A stretch of DNA of 62,838 nt, the filler included, from Craspedostauros australis (Eukaryota), in the NCBI GenBank assembly GCA_030167865.1. It is 3 parts of 3 records of this genome, joined end to end, with 100 filler letters (N's around TTAATTAATTAA, not from the genome) between each part and the next. Parts side by side here need not be neighbours in the genome. Positions count along the whole stretch, not along the records: positions 1 to 31,979 come from JALAGF010006455.1; 2 more parts are not named here. One strand, written 5' to 3'. The translations under genes and the position numbers were made by a program. This document shows, one piece after another, positions 1 to 10,987 of the stretch (position 1 is its first letter; each line of letters opens with the position of its first letter). The notes beneath the pieces are model-generated. The model did no database searches. It had not been told where the DNA came from and was given only the letters and a program-made list of their open reading frames with translations.

Positions 1-170
1 AAGCAACAACAACAAAGTCGACATCCAAAGCAACAACAACAAAATCAACATCCAAAGCAACAACAACAACAACAACATCCAAAGTAACAACAACAAAGTC
101 GACATCCAAAACAACAACAACAACACCAACATCCAAAGCAACAACAACAACACCAACAACATCCAACACA
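1..170 (+). repeat. Low-complexity CAA-rich minisatellite (unit about ACATCCAAAG(CAA)n)
   Basis: ACATCCAA recurs six times, separated by CAA runs of varying length. The array runs off the window start. Confidence 0.8.
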
Positions 171-1367
171 ATTGGTTCTGTTGTTGGCGCTGTTGGAAGG
201 CTCCGCGCACAGAGAATCAGTAGTTGTAACACTCTTTGGCTGTAAGTGTTTCTGTTACTTGTTACTGTAGTTGTTACTGATTGTTGATGAGCGTGCATGT
301 GGAATGAGATGATCAAGATGCTCTCTTGATTCATCTCTTCCTTGCTCTCATTGCTGGTGCAATACTCTTGCACCTCCATGTACATTGCTCTTCTTGTTGC
401 TCGTTGATGTTGCCTTTGTTGTCGTTGATCTGGTTGTTGTCTTGTTGTCTCATTGTTGTTCCATTCTTGGGTTTTGTTGAATCTGATGATTGATGGAATC
501 TGATGGACTATTTAAAACATATTTCATTCTCTGTAGACCTGGTAGGTAAGGCCTTGAGATGACATCACATGTGGTGGATACTGTGGTATCTGCTGGTATC
601 ACGGTATTCTTGTGGTATCGTGGTGGTATCGTTGTGATGTCATCATTTTTGGGGGCATGATTGCACCAACAAATATTCCTGCTGGCACGCAAGTGTGACT
701 GATGCATACACATCCAAGTACACACATTCCAACATGGCACTACCATTGTCCATGTCCTAAGATCTTCTCTACATCTGAGCAGTTGGTTTGATTTCTTCCT
801 TTCTGATGTCGCTGAGTGATGCAATGCATTTGAGATTGCTGGTTGTCACTGCTTGCCATTCATCATTGGCATCAGCATCACCAGCATCATCATTGTCTCT
901 TGCCATGGTCGCCTTCGTTGGCTGTGGTTGGCGTGCCGTATTTTGCGCAGCCACCGCTTGCCTGATTGCTTCATTTCTTCATTCTTTTTTTGCTTGATGG
1001 ACAATGTCTCAGTGCTGGCTGATATCTCTACCAATATAAACCTAGTCATGCCATTTCATCTTTCTCACTCTCTCTTGTGTTGTGTTGATGTTGTTTGATG
1101 GATCCTGTGCAAAATCGGAGATTCGTTGTTTCGGGTGTTGTTGGTTAAAACGCGTGCCAAATTCTGGGCATTCATTCTTGACAAACTACCTTCCACGTGG
1201 AACCAAAACCTCAACGAAACCGCCCTCACAGAAAGCTGGGACAAAGACACCTTTGTTCATTCATTCAGTGCGTGGACGACAACGACACAACACGCATAGT
1301 AGAATACTCCACAAAGAATGCTGCAAAACGCACCGCTAAGAACAAGAACAACCACCGACGAACAAGA

Positions 1368-1928
1368 ATGAGCGCCAACAACGACGCCCTGCCGCTGGGA
1401 TGGGGCGACCGCAACAATCAAATGTCGGAACACGACATGAAGCTGGGTGGCATGGCGGCCACCAAGTTTGCCAAGAAGGACACGGTGATGCCAACGAATA
1501 ATGCTTACGCCGACGACACGTCCGGGACTTACAAATCCAGCGATCAGGTGCGGGACTTTTATCTGTCCAAGATCTCAACAACGACGCACGTTGCCAGCAG
1601 CGCATCGCAATCGTTGCCCGCGGGATGGGAAAGTCGGCAGAGGAGCCGAGATTCGGAGGCCAAGCAGTATGGCGTATTCTCGCGCAATCCACCGCCAGTT
1701 GCAGCGACGACGGCAGCGACGACAGAAGTGGTGACAGACGATCCCAACTTTCGTGGGCCCGAAGTGGCACTCCTGCAGATTGCGACGCAGACGTTGGAAT
1801 CGTTGACGTCCTCCTTGCAAGCCACAAGCAGTAAGGCGCCGGTCGCATTGACGTTACAAGAAAAGACAGATTTCGCGAATGCTGTGAAGAATGCCATGGC
1901 GGCGTTGTCCAACACTACCACGAAATGA
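1368..1928 (+). CDS. Hypothetical protein (~186 aa)
   Basis: Open frame from ATG 1368 (MSANNDALPLGWG...) with coding-like composition, preceded by an A/C-rich leader. It has two LPxGW motifs and a helical C-terminus. No family recognised. Confidence 0.6.
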   Translation: MSANNDALPLGWGDRNNQMSEHDMKLGGMAATKFAKKDTVMPTNNAYADDTSGTYKSSDQVRDFYLSKISTTTHVASSASQSLPAGWESRQRSRDSEAKQYGVFSRNPPPVAATTAATTEVVTDDPNFRGPEVALLQIATQTLESLTSSLQATSSKAPVALTLQEKTDFANAVKNAMAALSNTTTK

Positions 1929-2147
1929 ACTCTGAGCACCATACATTGGAATATAGTAAAGTCGAGTATTTTCGTCTCTGGCCGATGAATCGTTTCCTCT
2001 TCAACTTTCGAGCCGCAAAGAGTTACGCCGTATTGCATCGCATGACGTTTACTTTATGTACACTGAGCAGAGCAGTCGAGTTGGTCTCTCCAAAGAATGA
2101 ATACCAACACACCTCGAGCACAAAAATAGTACTAGTACGCCCCCCGC

Positions 2148-3476
2148 TCACGGAATCGCGTAACTGTACTCCTGCAGCACATGCCCTGCTTCCTGCCGCA
2201 AACCACTGCGATACCGATACTGCGGCGACATGTCGACACGTCGCAAGGACCCTTGCACGACACCGGCCTCCCAATCCAACTCCAGCACGCCGTAATGATT
2301 GACGCGCACAAAGTCATTCCACCGCCGATCGTCGACCTCATCGCAGTCCTGCGCCGTGTGGCAGTTCTCGTCAAAGGCATCCAACGCGATGGTATGGGTC
2401 CACGATGACGCCGTGATTTCAAACAGACCATCGTATCCGTAGAATCCACCGACGTGGCGGTCGCCCGACAGCAGCAGCACGAGGCTGTTGTCTTGCTCGC
2501 GTTTCAGCAGTTGGTGCAGTCGATCGAACTCGCTCGGAATATGCCGCCAGCTCTCAAAGGGCGTCACGCCGTTCAAGGCCTGGTACGACGTGACGATGAT
2601 GCGCACTTTGGCCGGCACCTGCAAGGCCTCCTCGAGCCATGTCCATTGTCGTGGCGACAGTATTTGCCGTTGCGTCTCATTCCGCGCCGTCTCCGCAAAG
2701 GAACTCTTGGCATACCGCGTGTCCAACATCACGATCTGCACGGTCGATTGGGGATCGGGACCGAAGAGGTACTTCTGATAGACGCCGTCATTGTGCCGCG
2801 TGCGCCGCGCGTCATGAATATCAAAGAAATCGAGGAAGAGATGCTTGGCCACGTCCTTGTAGGGATTGTCGGCACCGGCGTTGCTGCGGCCGTAGTCGTG
2901 ATCATCGAGCGTCGCGAGGATGGGCGTGGACTGCGCCAGGCCTTGAAAGGCGGCGTGATCGGACCAGTTGGCATAGGCTTGCTGCAGCGTCGTGCATTGC
3001 GCATCGTCGCAGTTGCCGTAGACGTTGTCGCCCATGAGGAGCAGGAGATCCGGCGATTCCTTGGCCACCGTGTCCCAGTGCGTCTGTGGGTAATTCTGAT
3101 CGGCGCAGCTGCCGAAGACGATCTTCGTGATCGTGGATCGGCGGTCTGGCAGTGGTCGCCATGACACCGTGCTGTTCGATGACGATGACGACGACGATGA
3201 TGATTGATCTGCACTGACTCTTCCATCTCGCTTCAGCACCGTCCGTTGCGTCACGAAGTATGCTGACAGCACAATGTTCACGAGCAATGACAGCGCGAGA
3301 AGGATGGAAAGACGCAGCCCCCACGACCGTGCGGATTGCCTCCTTGGCCTGCGAAGCTCCGAAGTTGGCTCTGGGATGATCGTTGCAGCCACGAAATGCG
3401 TCAACGGAGCAGTCTCCGCCACATCGTCAGCGCTGATGGTCGTCGAGTCGCCGTCCAAGCATTCTTTGGGAGCCAT
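2148..3476 (-). CDS. phoD: PhoD-family alkaline phosphatase, N-terminally membrane-anchored
   Basis: PhoD motifs FGSC, MGDNVY, LDDHDY, MLDTRY, QWTWLE and SGDRH in the expected order. Hydrophobic anchor LSILLALSLLVNIVLSAYFV follows a basic stretch. First ATG at 3476 (MAPKEC). Confidence 0.9.
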   Translation of the reverse strand: MAPKECLDGDSTTISADDVAETAPLTHFVAATIIPEPTSELRRPRRQSARSWGLRLSILLALSLLVNIVLSAYFVTQRTVLKRDGRVSADQSSSSSSSSSNSTVSWRPLPDRRSTITKIVFGSCADQNYPQTHWDTVAKESPDLLLLMGDNVYGNCDDAQCTTLQQAYANWSDHAAFQGLAQSTPILATLDDHDYGRSNAGADNPYKDVAKHLFLDFFDIHDARRTRHNDGVYQKYLFGPDPQSTVQIVMLDTRYAKSSFAETARNETQRQILSPRQWTWLEEALQVPAKVRIIVTSYQALNGVTPFESWRHIPSEFDRLHQLLKREQDNSLVLLLSGDRHVGGFYGYDGLFEITASSWTHTIALDAFDENCHTAQDCDEVDDRRWNDFVRVNHYGVLELDWEAGVVQGSLRRVDMSPQYRYRSGLRQEAGHVLQEYSYAIP

Positions 3477-4568
3477 TATTCGTTGTAGAATACAATATAT
3501 AATAATAAGCACTAGAGAATCTCTCTGGTGTACGTAGAGTCCGAGCTAGGCAGCAGATCGTTGCCTATGATACGGATGATACGTATAGTATGGGTCAAGT
3601 CCGGGCTGCTGCCTTGACAATGTCAAGTGTTGCGAAGGAGAGCGGAGTGTTGCAAATGATGACAGGATGGAAGTATAGCACCAGTGGAAGGATGGCACTT
3701 GTGCGATGCAGAGAGGAGGTCCTTCATTCCCAGGCAACGAGTGACGACTACTCCACCGGTATTCCGCTCGTAGTAGTATTCTACACTGGTCACCACAAAC
3801 TCCATCCAATCGGACGTTTGCCGATGCCTGTCTTCTCTTGTGTGACTGCATCTTCCACCCATCACGTGTGCACGATGGTGCCACAAAACCAAGAGAAATG
3901 GCCGAACGAAACGGTTGCCACCAACACGCGACAACACCGCGAATTTCACACGATCGAGAACAAAGACGCGTGCCAAACGAGAGACAAGAAAATTGGCATT
4001 CGCCTGTATGGTATCCGACCCATGCGACCACACTGTAGTCGTGAATTGTCTCATTGGACTGACGAAAACCATCACGACTCGATTCATTGGATCGATGACC
4101 AGAAACGCACAACATCAATGTCAACAAACGAAGACGAGAAAGATGAAAATAACGGTTGCAGGAGTCCAGCACGCGCGGTCACGTTTGTGCCGTTCTTTTT
4201 TCTGTGTGCCTGCTCTGCCTGTTGGAACAGCACGATTGAACTCACTTGCTCATGGATCCACCCCAACGAAGATGAAGAGGCACGAGGTGAGCATCATGCA
4301 AAGAGACAGCGAGGACAGATACGCTCACAGAACGGCATCTGCATCCCATCCAAAGAGAGGTGTGGAGAGAGTGGAGATTCCAGAGGCGCGTCTGTTCCTG
4401 CGTGCGAGTGGTCAGGGTTGACGATCAATCCAACCCCGGCGGCAAAGAGAGCGGGTCTGCGCGACACCACAAACCCAATAGCCGACCTCTTCGGCCCAAA
4501 CCAGAACCTGAGGAATCTGCTATCCCCAAAGCGCATCTTCACGCACCTGAGTGGGTGTTCTGGAACGA

Positions 4569-4592
4569 TCTCTCTCTCTCTCTCTCTCTCTC
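4569..4592 (+). repeat. (CT)n microsatellite in the 5' region of the PDZ gene
   Basis: Run of TCTCTC... visible directly. Confidence 0.85.
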
Positions 4593-4695
4593 TGGACGAA
4601 CGAGAAGCTTACAATTCGCCTCTCGTATCCTTCGCATTGCCGACAGCAACAGCATCAACATCACCAGTAACAACATCACAGACAACATCGACATC

Positions 4696-6333
4696 ATGAC
4701 AACGGTCGTTCCTCTGTGGCAGCCGGACAACATCATGTTGGCGCCAAGTGCACCCCTTGAGGACACTCACAATGACAATGGTCGCAACCACAGCAGCAGC
4801 AGCAGCTGGAATGACAGCCGCAGCTCCCTCCACTCCGACCTCGACTCAGACGATGATCCATCATCGGACCATGTAGCGCAGCACCTGCGACGCACGGAGT
4901 CCTACGTTCAGTCTCTGCCCACCGCACAGGCCGAACGGGATCCAGTCCTGCCGGCCCATCGTGGCAGCGAAGTGGACGAGGCCGTGGGAACTGCTCAGGT
5001 CGCCGCGTGGCCGCTGTCCCCCACAGGCGACGGCGCCGGATGGGATGTCAGCCCCTCGAATCAGAGCACGGATCAACCTTCCGCAGCGAAGCCAGCCCAG
5101 CGACGTCCCGGCTTCATTCAGGTTCGCGTGCACAAGCCAGACATCAACACCAAGCTCGGCATAGTTCTTGAATCCGTGGAAGGTTGTCTCAGCGTCGAGT
5201 CCATCCGACCGCACGGACTGTTGGCCTTGTCGCCCCTGCGGCCTGGCGATATTATCACCTCCATCAACGGCATGCCGTGCAGGTCGCTCAACGGATGGCA
5301 AGGTGCGAAGGTCCTGCAGACGCTCACCGAATACATCCTCATCATGGCGGAGCCGCCCAACGGCGATCCTCAGAAGAATCTCGTGTGCGTGTACAAGCGA
5401 ACACCGGAGGCTCGTCTGGGCATTCGTTTCGGTGTTACGGACGGCGCTCTGCAGATCAGCAGAACCAATCCAGATGGTGCCATCGGAGCCGAGAGCCTCA
5501 TCACGGAGGGGGACTTCGTGCTTGCCATCAACGGTCTGGAGTGCCACGGCGCCTTGGCTTCCACAGCGACGGCGATGGTCGTTGCGGAGCCAGATGCGGT
5601 CACCCTGCTGCTGTCCGCCTCCAACCAGCCAGACGTCTCCACCGTCCCGTCGCGCCAGATACAACTGATGGACCAATCGAGGAGCTTTCGCAACATCCCC
5701 ATGGCGCCGAGTCCCACCACCGCGACGCAGCGGTCGCTGGACTTCGACCCCGACCTCAGCCACTGCTGGGAAGGCCACGAGCCCATGTACGTCAGCGTCA
5801 CGCTGCGCAAGCTCACGCATTCCACCAAGCTGGGCATCATGATCAAATCCATCGACGGCAGACTGCGAATTACGGACATCCGCCCCAGCGGCCTCCTCTT
5901 CACGTCACCGCTGCGACCAGGCATGCACATCCTGTCGATCAACAACAGAAGCTGCCCCCGCGTCAGCACGACGACCGGCGTCAAGATTCTCAAGAACACC
6001 GTCGGGTTGCTGCACATCGTCGCCTCCAACCCCGACGGCGATCCCAACTACACGCAGGCCATGGCCGCCAAATTGACGCCGCGTTCCAAAATCGGCATCG
6101 TCTTCAACAGCCGCGGCAACCGCCTGCGCTTGGGATGCGTGCGACCGCAGAGCCCCTTCGCCTACTCCACGCTCAATTCCGACGATCACGTCCTCGCCAT
6201 CAACAACGTGCCGGCGGCGTGTTTGTCGGTGCGACAGGCCATCGGGATCGTGGCCGAGGCGTCGGGCGGTGTCACGATTCTGGCCAAGCGACATGCCGAA
6301 AGCGCCGTCGTCATTTCGGAGATCGCGACGTGA
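4696..6333 (+). CDS. Multi-PDZ-domain protein (four PDZ-like domains as a duplicated pair)
   Basis: Four repeats of the pattern (K/R)(L/I)GI...(R/N)P...L..GD/GM.I(L/T)(S/A)IN(G/N): TKLGIV..LRPGDIITSING, ARLGIR..EGDFVLAING, TKLGIM..LRPGMHILSINN, SKIGIV..DDHVLAINN. Low-complexity N-terminus. ATG 4696. Confidence 0.8.
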   Translation: MTTVVPLWQPDNIMLAPSAPLEDTHNDNGRNHSSSSSWNDSRSSLHSDLDSDDDPSSDHVAQHLRRTESYVQSLPTAQAERDPVLPAHRGSEVDEAVGTAQVAAWPLSPTGDGAGWDVSPSNQSTDQPSAAKPAQRRPGFIQVRVHKPDINTKLGIVLESVEGCLSVESIRPHGLLALSPLRPGDIITSINGMPCRSLNGWQGAKVLQTLTEYILIMAEPPNGDPQKNLVCVYKRTPEARLGIRFGVTDGALQISRTNPDGAIGAESLITEGDFVLAINGLECHGALASTATAMVVAEPDAVTLLLSASNQPDVSTVPSRQIQLMDQSRSFRNIPMAPSPTTATQRSLDFDPDLSHCWEGHEPMYVSVTLRKLTHSTKLGIMIKSIDGRLRITDIRPSGLLFTSPLRPGMHILSINNRSCPRVSTTTGVKILKNTVGLLHIVASNPDGDPNYTQAMAAKLTPRSKIGIVFNSRGNRLRLGCVRPQSPFAYSTLNSDDHVLAINNVPAACLSVRQAIGIVAEASGGVTILAKRHAESAVVISEIAT

Positions 6334-6493
6334 AGCAGGCATGTCATGGCAAACACTTTTGAACCCGTAGCGAGGTGCACGATACAATACAAATATTATA
6401 ATACTTAATATACAGACATATAATATTATGCAATAGTACAATGTGTAGAGTAGCATGTTCGCCCCGTCCTTGTGTTCGTCATCAACATAGCCA

Positions 6494-9400
6494 TCAACCT
6501 GATGCATCTGTGAGCACCGAAAGATGGTCGTTGGGCCCGTCGGCGTCATTTTCGGTCCTGTGACTGCTGCTGTGTAGTGGCAGACCACCGTCTCCTTCCA
6601 ATCCGCCCCTCGAGAATGATGATCTTCTGCCCTCGAGGTTCGATTGAGGAGCCATGCTTGGGGGTGGCACGGTCCCGGCCGTAAACCCGGTCTTGTTGTT
6701 GTCCATCTCCACGACTCTCGCCGCTTGCACATCGTGTGTGGATGGTGTTCCCAATCCTTGCAGTTCCTCATCTGTGTCGGGCTTCAGGTATTGCGATCGT
6801 CGATCTTGAATGTCCTTCACCTTGACGGGGCAGCCCCATTCCTTGTAGCATTCCACAGCCCGCGTCATGTAGTTGCAGCTCAATTCCTCCATTGACAGCT
6901 GGATGGCTTGGAAGTCGGCGCGGGAGTTGTGCTGGGAGAGCGCCTTTGCTTGTCGTATCAGGTACTCCGCGGCACATTCGCACGCGATGGCACAAAAGTG
7001 CGTCAGAGCCGACTTCTCCGCCGCGCCGATGGCTGCATTGTACGCTTTGTCTGTGCGTCGGACGCGCTCGAGGTTCGACTTCGTACTCTTCAACGACAGC
7101 AGCTCGGCCTTGAGCAGTTGCAGGAGGCTCGTTGCGTTGCCTCCCTTGGCGGCGATGAGAGTCTTCGTGGCACTGATCAGACGCTTCAGCTGCTTCTTGT
7201 GCTTCGCCTTTCCAGTTTGGCGGTACATGGCGGAGGATAGAAGCCCTTGCACGAGCGTCGCCGTCATGGTGATGTAGTATGACTTGGCGTGCTCGGGCAA
7301 ACGGGAGTAGAGGTGCATGATTCGTCGCACCAGGTCGTGTCGTCGAAACAGCATGGCCAGCAACAATGTGCCAGCGTACGTGTTGATCAATCGGTTGAGT
7401 TCCTTGGGATCAGCGGCGCTACACTTCGCGTCACGCTGCAGATTGTGCTCGATACCATCCCAATCGATCGGCTTGACGCCGGCCAGGTACTGTGTGAGCA
7501 TCAGCATCGTCTGGGATGATATCCTGTAGAGTGTGAGGTTGTAAATGCTGTAGAGCTGCAGGGCGCTCTCGTACGCCTTGACCAACGGCCGCAGCTTGTA
7601 TCCGAAGAAGAATGCCAGCGTGTTGCGGCTCTGGAGGGCGATCAGGCCCAATTCAAAGTCACCGGCCTGCATAGCTAGGGAGTAGCCTCGGTCGAACATG
7701 TGCACGCACCTGCCCGATGGTTCGCTGGAGGCGTAGATGGATCCGGCCATGATGACGTTGACCCAGCTGGTCTGCACCGGCCCACCCACCTTCTGCAACA
7801 TCTTGTTTGCGATGCCCGCGCACCTCATTACCAACCCGCGGTCTTCGTTGGTCATGTCGAACATATTGGCGAGCGTCGCGAACGATGCGGGAGACTCTTC
7901 GCCTATCCCGGATTGGATCGTCATGCAGATAAGCTTCAGCGCGTGTACCAGCCATTGCAGAGAGTCACCCGCGAGGTAGGATCGAACGCCGATCTCGCCG
8001 ATGAACTTCATCGCCATCTTCTTGCGGTAGCCTCGCTGCAGCGGGAGGTTCATGATGTCCTCGTCGGTGTTCTTCTTCAGGAAGGACTTGATTTGGGTGA
8101 AGTCTCTGATGACGTGCAGGCGGTAGAAACGCTTGGGGAATTCGCCCAGCTTTCGCGCCACGCTCAAGCTCGTCTTCAATGAATCTGCCACCCTGTCCTC
8201 TCGTCCCAACGCGTTGGCCATGCACAGGTGGATTCGCAGCTTCTCATCGAATGTTCGCGCTCTCTGGACGATCTCGTTGGCAAGCCTGTAGCCAACCGCG
8301 AAGTTGCCCTGGATCAGTTCAGTCTCTGCTCGGCATTGGAACAAATGAAGGCAAATCGTGTAGTGCTCCTCCCACGGATTGCGCACGCGTTCGAGTCCCT
8401 TCGACGCTTTCTCCAAGTACCCCGATGCCGTTGCGAACGCGCCCATTTGAAGCGCCTTGCGCCCGACCTCGACATTGAAGGCGACGAGGAAGAGATGGTC
8501 CTTCATTCTCGCGCTGTTGAGGTGGTCTGCAGCGATGAACAGCAGGCTGTCCACGTCTCGGATCGCAGTTTCGTGCGTTGTGTGGTCGGTGCTTTGTGCT
8601 GATGCTGGAATGAGCGCGACATCATTTGGACCGCTACTGGTGGACAAGTCCTGTTCTCCGATCGATGGTGGCAATGATCTCAACTGCCTGTACATCGTCA
8701 GCAGACATCGGCCAATCTGCGATCGGAGCTTGTTCTGCGCCCAGCCAGGTGGTACCAATCCGTGTGCTGCTTGTTGGACGCGATCGTGCGCGAAGTGATA
8801 CCGGGTTTCGCCGGTGGAGTTCGTGACAAGACCTTCCATCAGCGCTCTCTCCAAGACGGAGTATAGTCGGTCGGTCGTCCATGCGATTGGCTCTGCTGTG
8901 GGCGGGCCTGTCAGCATGGCATTTGCCGCGATATCCTCATCGATGTGCGCCATGTCCACTCCTCCGTGATCATCCACGTACTGCAGCACCGCCCGGAGTA
9001 CTGGGAGATCAAACGTGGATCGAATGTAAGACGCAACCGATAGAACGTACTGCAGTTCCTGCGGCAGTTGCTTGAGCTGCTGCTCGACTATGGCAACGAT
9101 GTTGTCACCAATTGGGAGATCATCATCATCATTTGTAGCGCCGTTGCCATTGCCGTTGCTATTGCTGTGGGAGGATATCATCAAAGTATCCCACTCCCAT
9201 CGATCCGCGGCATGACTGTAGACAAGGATCTCCCTTCTCATCAACTCCTCGATGGCCTGCAGCGTGAAGTACACATTTCCGTGCGTCTTGTTGAAGATCT
9301 TGAACGTCAGGATTTTGAGATCGGTGTCATAGAGGGATCGATGCAGCAGTTGCGACAGCCAAGCGATGCACTCCTTCAGCGACAAGTCCCCCAGAGTTAT

Positions 9401-10987
9401 CTGCTCGAGCAGCTTGCCACCCGCAGCATTGTCCGCGCCCGCGCTGTTGTCCCGTAACAGCCTGTTGAGGAAGGACGTGTGTAGCGGTGCCCACGGTGAT
9501 AGCTCCTTGGCTTGGTGAACGTGAGGGTCGATCTCCTGCCGGATGGCGGACAGCAACATGAAGTTCCGAAGATCGACGTCTGTGAGCAGCGACGCCAGCA
9601 GTTCCAAGCTGGCAGCCGATGACCATTGCAAGTCGTCAAGGAAGAGGAAGACAGGTCGTTGGGGCGTCGAAATGGCTTTCATGAATTGGATGAAGATGTA
9701 GCAGAACCGGTTCCATGCACTTTGCGAATAGCTCGTGCTGTTGTTGTCGATGGTACTGTTGGTGGTGTTGTCGATAGCTTTGATGCGGCCTTGCCTGTTC
9801 CCGGTTGACGTAGAAATGTTATCTGCGGTACTGCCTGTCGCAACATGAGGAAGGCTGCTGTTGCCATGACTGCCATCTTCATTGGTGTCATTGTTGGATG
9901 ATGATCTTTGCCGCAAAGCTTTCGCAGATCGAGAGGGGAGACTTGACTGGACGTTGGTCGCCGATTCGACCGAATCTGGAAGGAGGACGGACAGTGATGG
10001 AACAACAGCAGTTAAGATTGACAAAGCAGAATGGCTGTGCTTTGCCGTATTGGGTTGCATTTGGCTCGTTGCATCGTCTTGACTCGTGCTCGTCTCGCTT
10101 TCATTGTGAGTAACGCTGCTGGCGTCAGCAGAGAATGCCTCTTCGATGCAACGTTGAATCCGCAGCAACTCCGCGGGCGATTCATGCTGGAGGTGCATTG
10201 CGAAGTCATCCAGCGCCTGCGTGATGGCGGAGAACGGATCCTTGCTTCCGATGAATTCATCGTACTTTCCCCGCAGCACGTAGCAACAGGAACATCTTTG
10301 AATGGTTCCAAGTCGTCTTCGTTGTTGTTGCTTTTCTATGGGCATCATTGCCGCTGCTGATGTTGCAGCCGTTGCTGATATTGTTGGTAGCAACGACGGT
10401 TGTTTCGACTTGTCTCTGCCTCCACAGGTGCAGCAGGATCGGCTCAGGAATTGGTCGATCAGCTCTGACTTTCCAGTTCCGCTCATTCCCCAAACCAACG
10501 CGGCTGGGAAGATGGGCTGGTCGTCATTGATGTGACGCCAGACACTTCTGAGATGAAGGAGTTCCTTTTCCCGTCCGAAGAACGCCTCTTTGGTGGGCCG
10601 AAGCGGTGCTTGGGGTGCGGATTCTGTCAGCAACGTCGGCATCGCTATCATCGCAGCGGACGTGGGGATAGCCGACTCAAACACAGCGGACGCGGCCTCC
10701 TCGCCTGCTGTTGTCGACACTCCCGACGTCGTTGTCGTCGTTGTCATCATTGTCGTTGGTGTTGCCGCTTCAATTGGGTGCTCTCTGGTGAGCGATTTGG
10801 CATTCTCCCATTCCAAGGAAGCGCTGGTGCGCGTGACGGTGGAGGTCGGCGTGCAGGAACGATCATCTTTCATGCTGACAGTGTTCTCGACATCCTTGAT
10901 GTTGTCTATCCTGTGCGTGGTGCCGCCCATGCTCCCACGCGTATGAGGATGGCTGTGAATACCGTCCATAGCATTCATTGTGTCCAT
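6494..10987 (-). CDS. STAND-class P-loop NTPase (AAA_16 / COG3899-like) with helical C-terminal region, 1497 aa, intronless
   Basis: Motifs FFGREKEL, Walker A GMSGTGKS, GKYDE, Walker B VFLFLDDLQW, KTHGNVYF, YHFAHDRVQQAA and C-terminal AIACECAAEY...YKEWG. These are typical of the ATPase core of Ser/Thr-kinase-ATPase-His-kinase hybrids. An in-frame stop just upstream fixes the start. Confidence 0.85.
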   Translation of the reverse strand: MDTMNAMDGIHSHPHTRGSMGGTTHRIDNIKDVENTVSMKDDRSCTPTSTVTRTSASLEWENAKSLTREHPIEAATPTTMMTTTTTTSGVSTTAGEEAASAVFESAIPTSAAMIAMPTLLTESAPQAPLRPTKEAFFGREKELLHLRSVWRHINDDQPIFPAALVWGMSGTGKSELIDQFLSRSCCTCGGRDKSKQPSLLPTISATAATSAAAMMPIEKQQQRRRLGTIQRCSCCYVLRGKYDEFIGSKDPFSAITQALDDFAMHLQHESPAELLRIQRCIEEAFSADASSVTHNESETSTSQDDATSQMQPNTAKHSHSALSILTAVVPSLSVLLPDSVESATNVQSSLPSRSAKALRQRSSSNNDTNEDGSHGNSSLPHVATGSTADNISTSTGNRQGRIKAIDNTTNSTIDNNSTSYSQSAWNRFCYIFIQFMKAISTPQRPVFLFLDDLQWSSAASLELLASLLTDVDLRNFMLLSAIRQEIDPHVHQAKELSPWAPLHTSFLNRLLRDNSAGADNAAGGKLLEQITLGDLSLKECIAWLSQLLHRSLYDTDLKILTFKIFNKTHGNVYFTLQAIEELMRREILVYSHAADRWEWDTLMISSHSNSNGNGNGATNDDDDLPIGDNIVAIVEQQLKQLPQELQYVLSVASYIRSTFDLPVLRAVLQYVDDHGGVDMAHIDEDIAANAMLTGPPTAEPIAWTTDRLYSVLERALMEGLVTNSTGETRYHFAHDRVQQAAHGLVPPGWAQNKLRSQIGRCLLTMYRQLRSLPPSIGEQDLSTSSGPNDVALIPASAQSTDHTTHETAIRDVDSLLFIAADHLNSARMKDHLFLVAFNVEVGRKALQMGAFATASGYLEKASKGLERVRNPWEEHYTICLHLFQCRAETELIQGNFAVGYRLANEIVQRARTFDEKLRIHLCMANALGREDRVADSLKTSLSVARKLGEFPKRFYRLHVIRDFTQIKSFLKKNTDEDIMNLPLQRGYRKKMAMKFIGEIGVRSYLAGDSLQWLVHALKLICMTIQSGIGEESPASFATLANMFDMTNEDRGLVMRCAGIANKMLQKVGGPVQTSWVNVIMAGSIYASSEPSGRCVHMFDRGYSLAMQAGDFELGLIALQSRNTLAFFFGYKLRPLVKAYESALQLYSIYNLTLYRISSQTMLMLTQYLAGVKPIDWDGIEHNLQRDAKCSAADPKELNRLINTYAGTLLLAMLFRRHDLVRRIMHLYSRLPEHAKSYYITMTATLVQGLLSSAMYRQTGKAKHKKQLKRLISATKTLIAAKGGNATSLLQLLKAELLSLKSTKSNLERVRRTDKAYNAAIGAAEKSALTHFCAIACECAAEYLIRQAKALSQHNSRADFQAIQLSMEELSCNYMTRAVECYKEWGCPVKVKDIQDRRSQYLKPDTDEELQGLGTPSTHDVQAARVVEMDNNKTGFTAGTVPPPSMAPQSNLEGRRSSFSRGGLEGDGGLPLHSSSHRTENDADGPNDHLSVLTDASG

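Noticed and set aside
3590..4699. 369-aa ORF between phoD and the PDZ gene
   Set aside because: No recognisable motifs, and it runs through a CT microsatellite. It is probably divergent promoter/UTR sequence.
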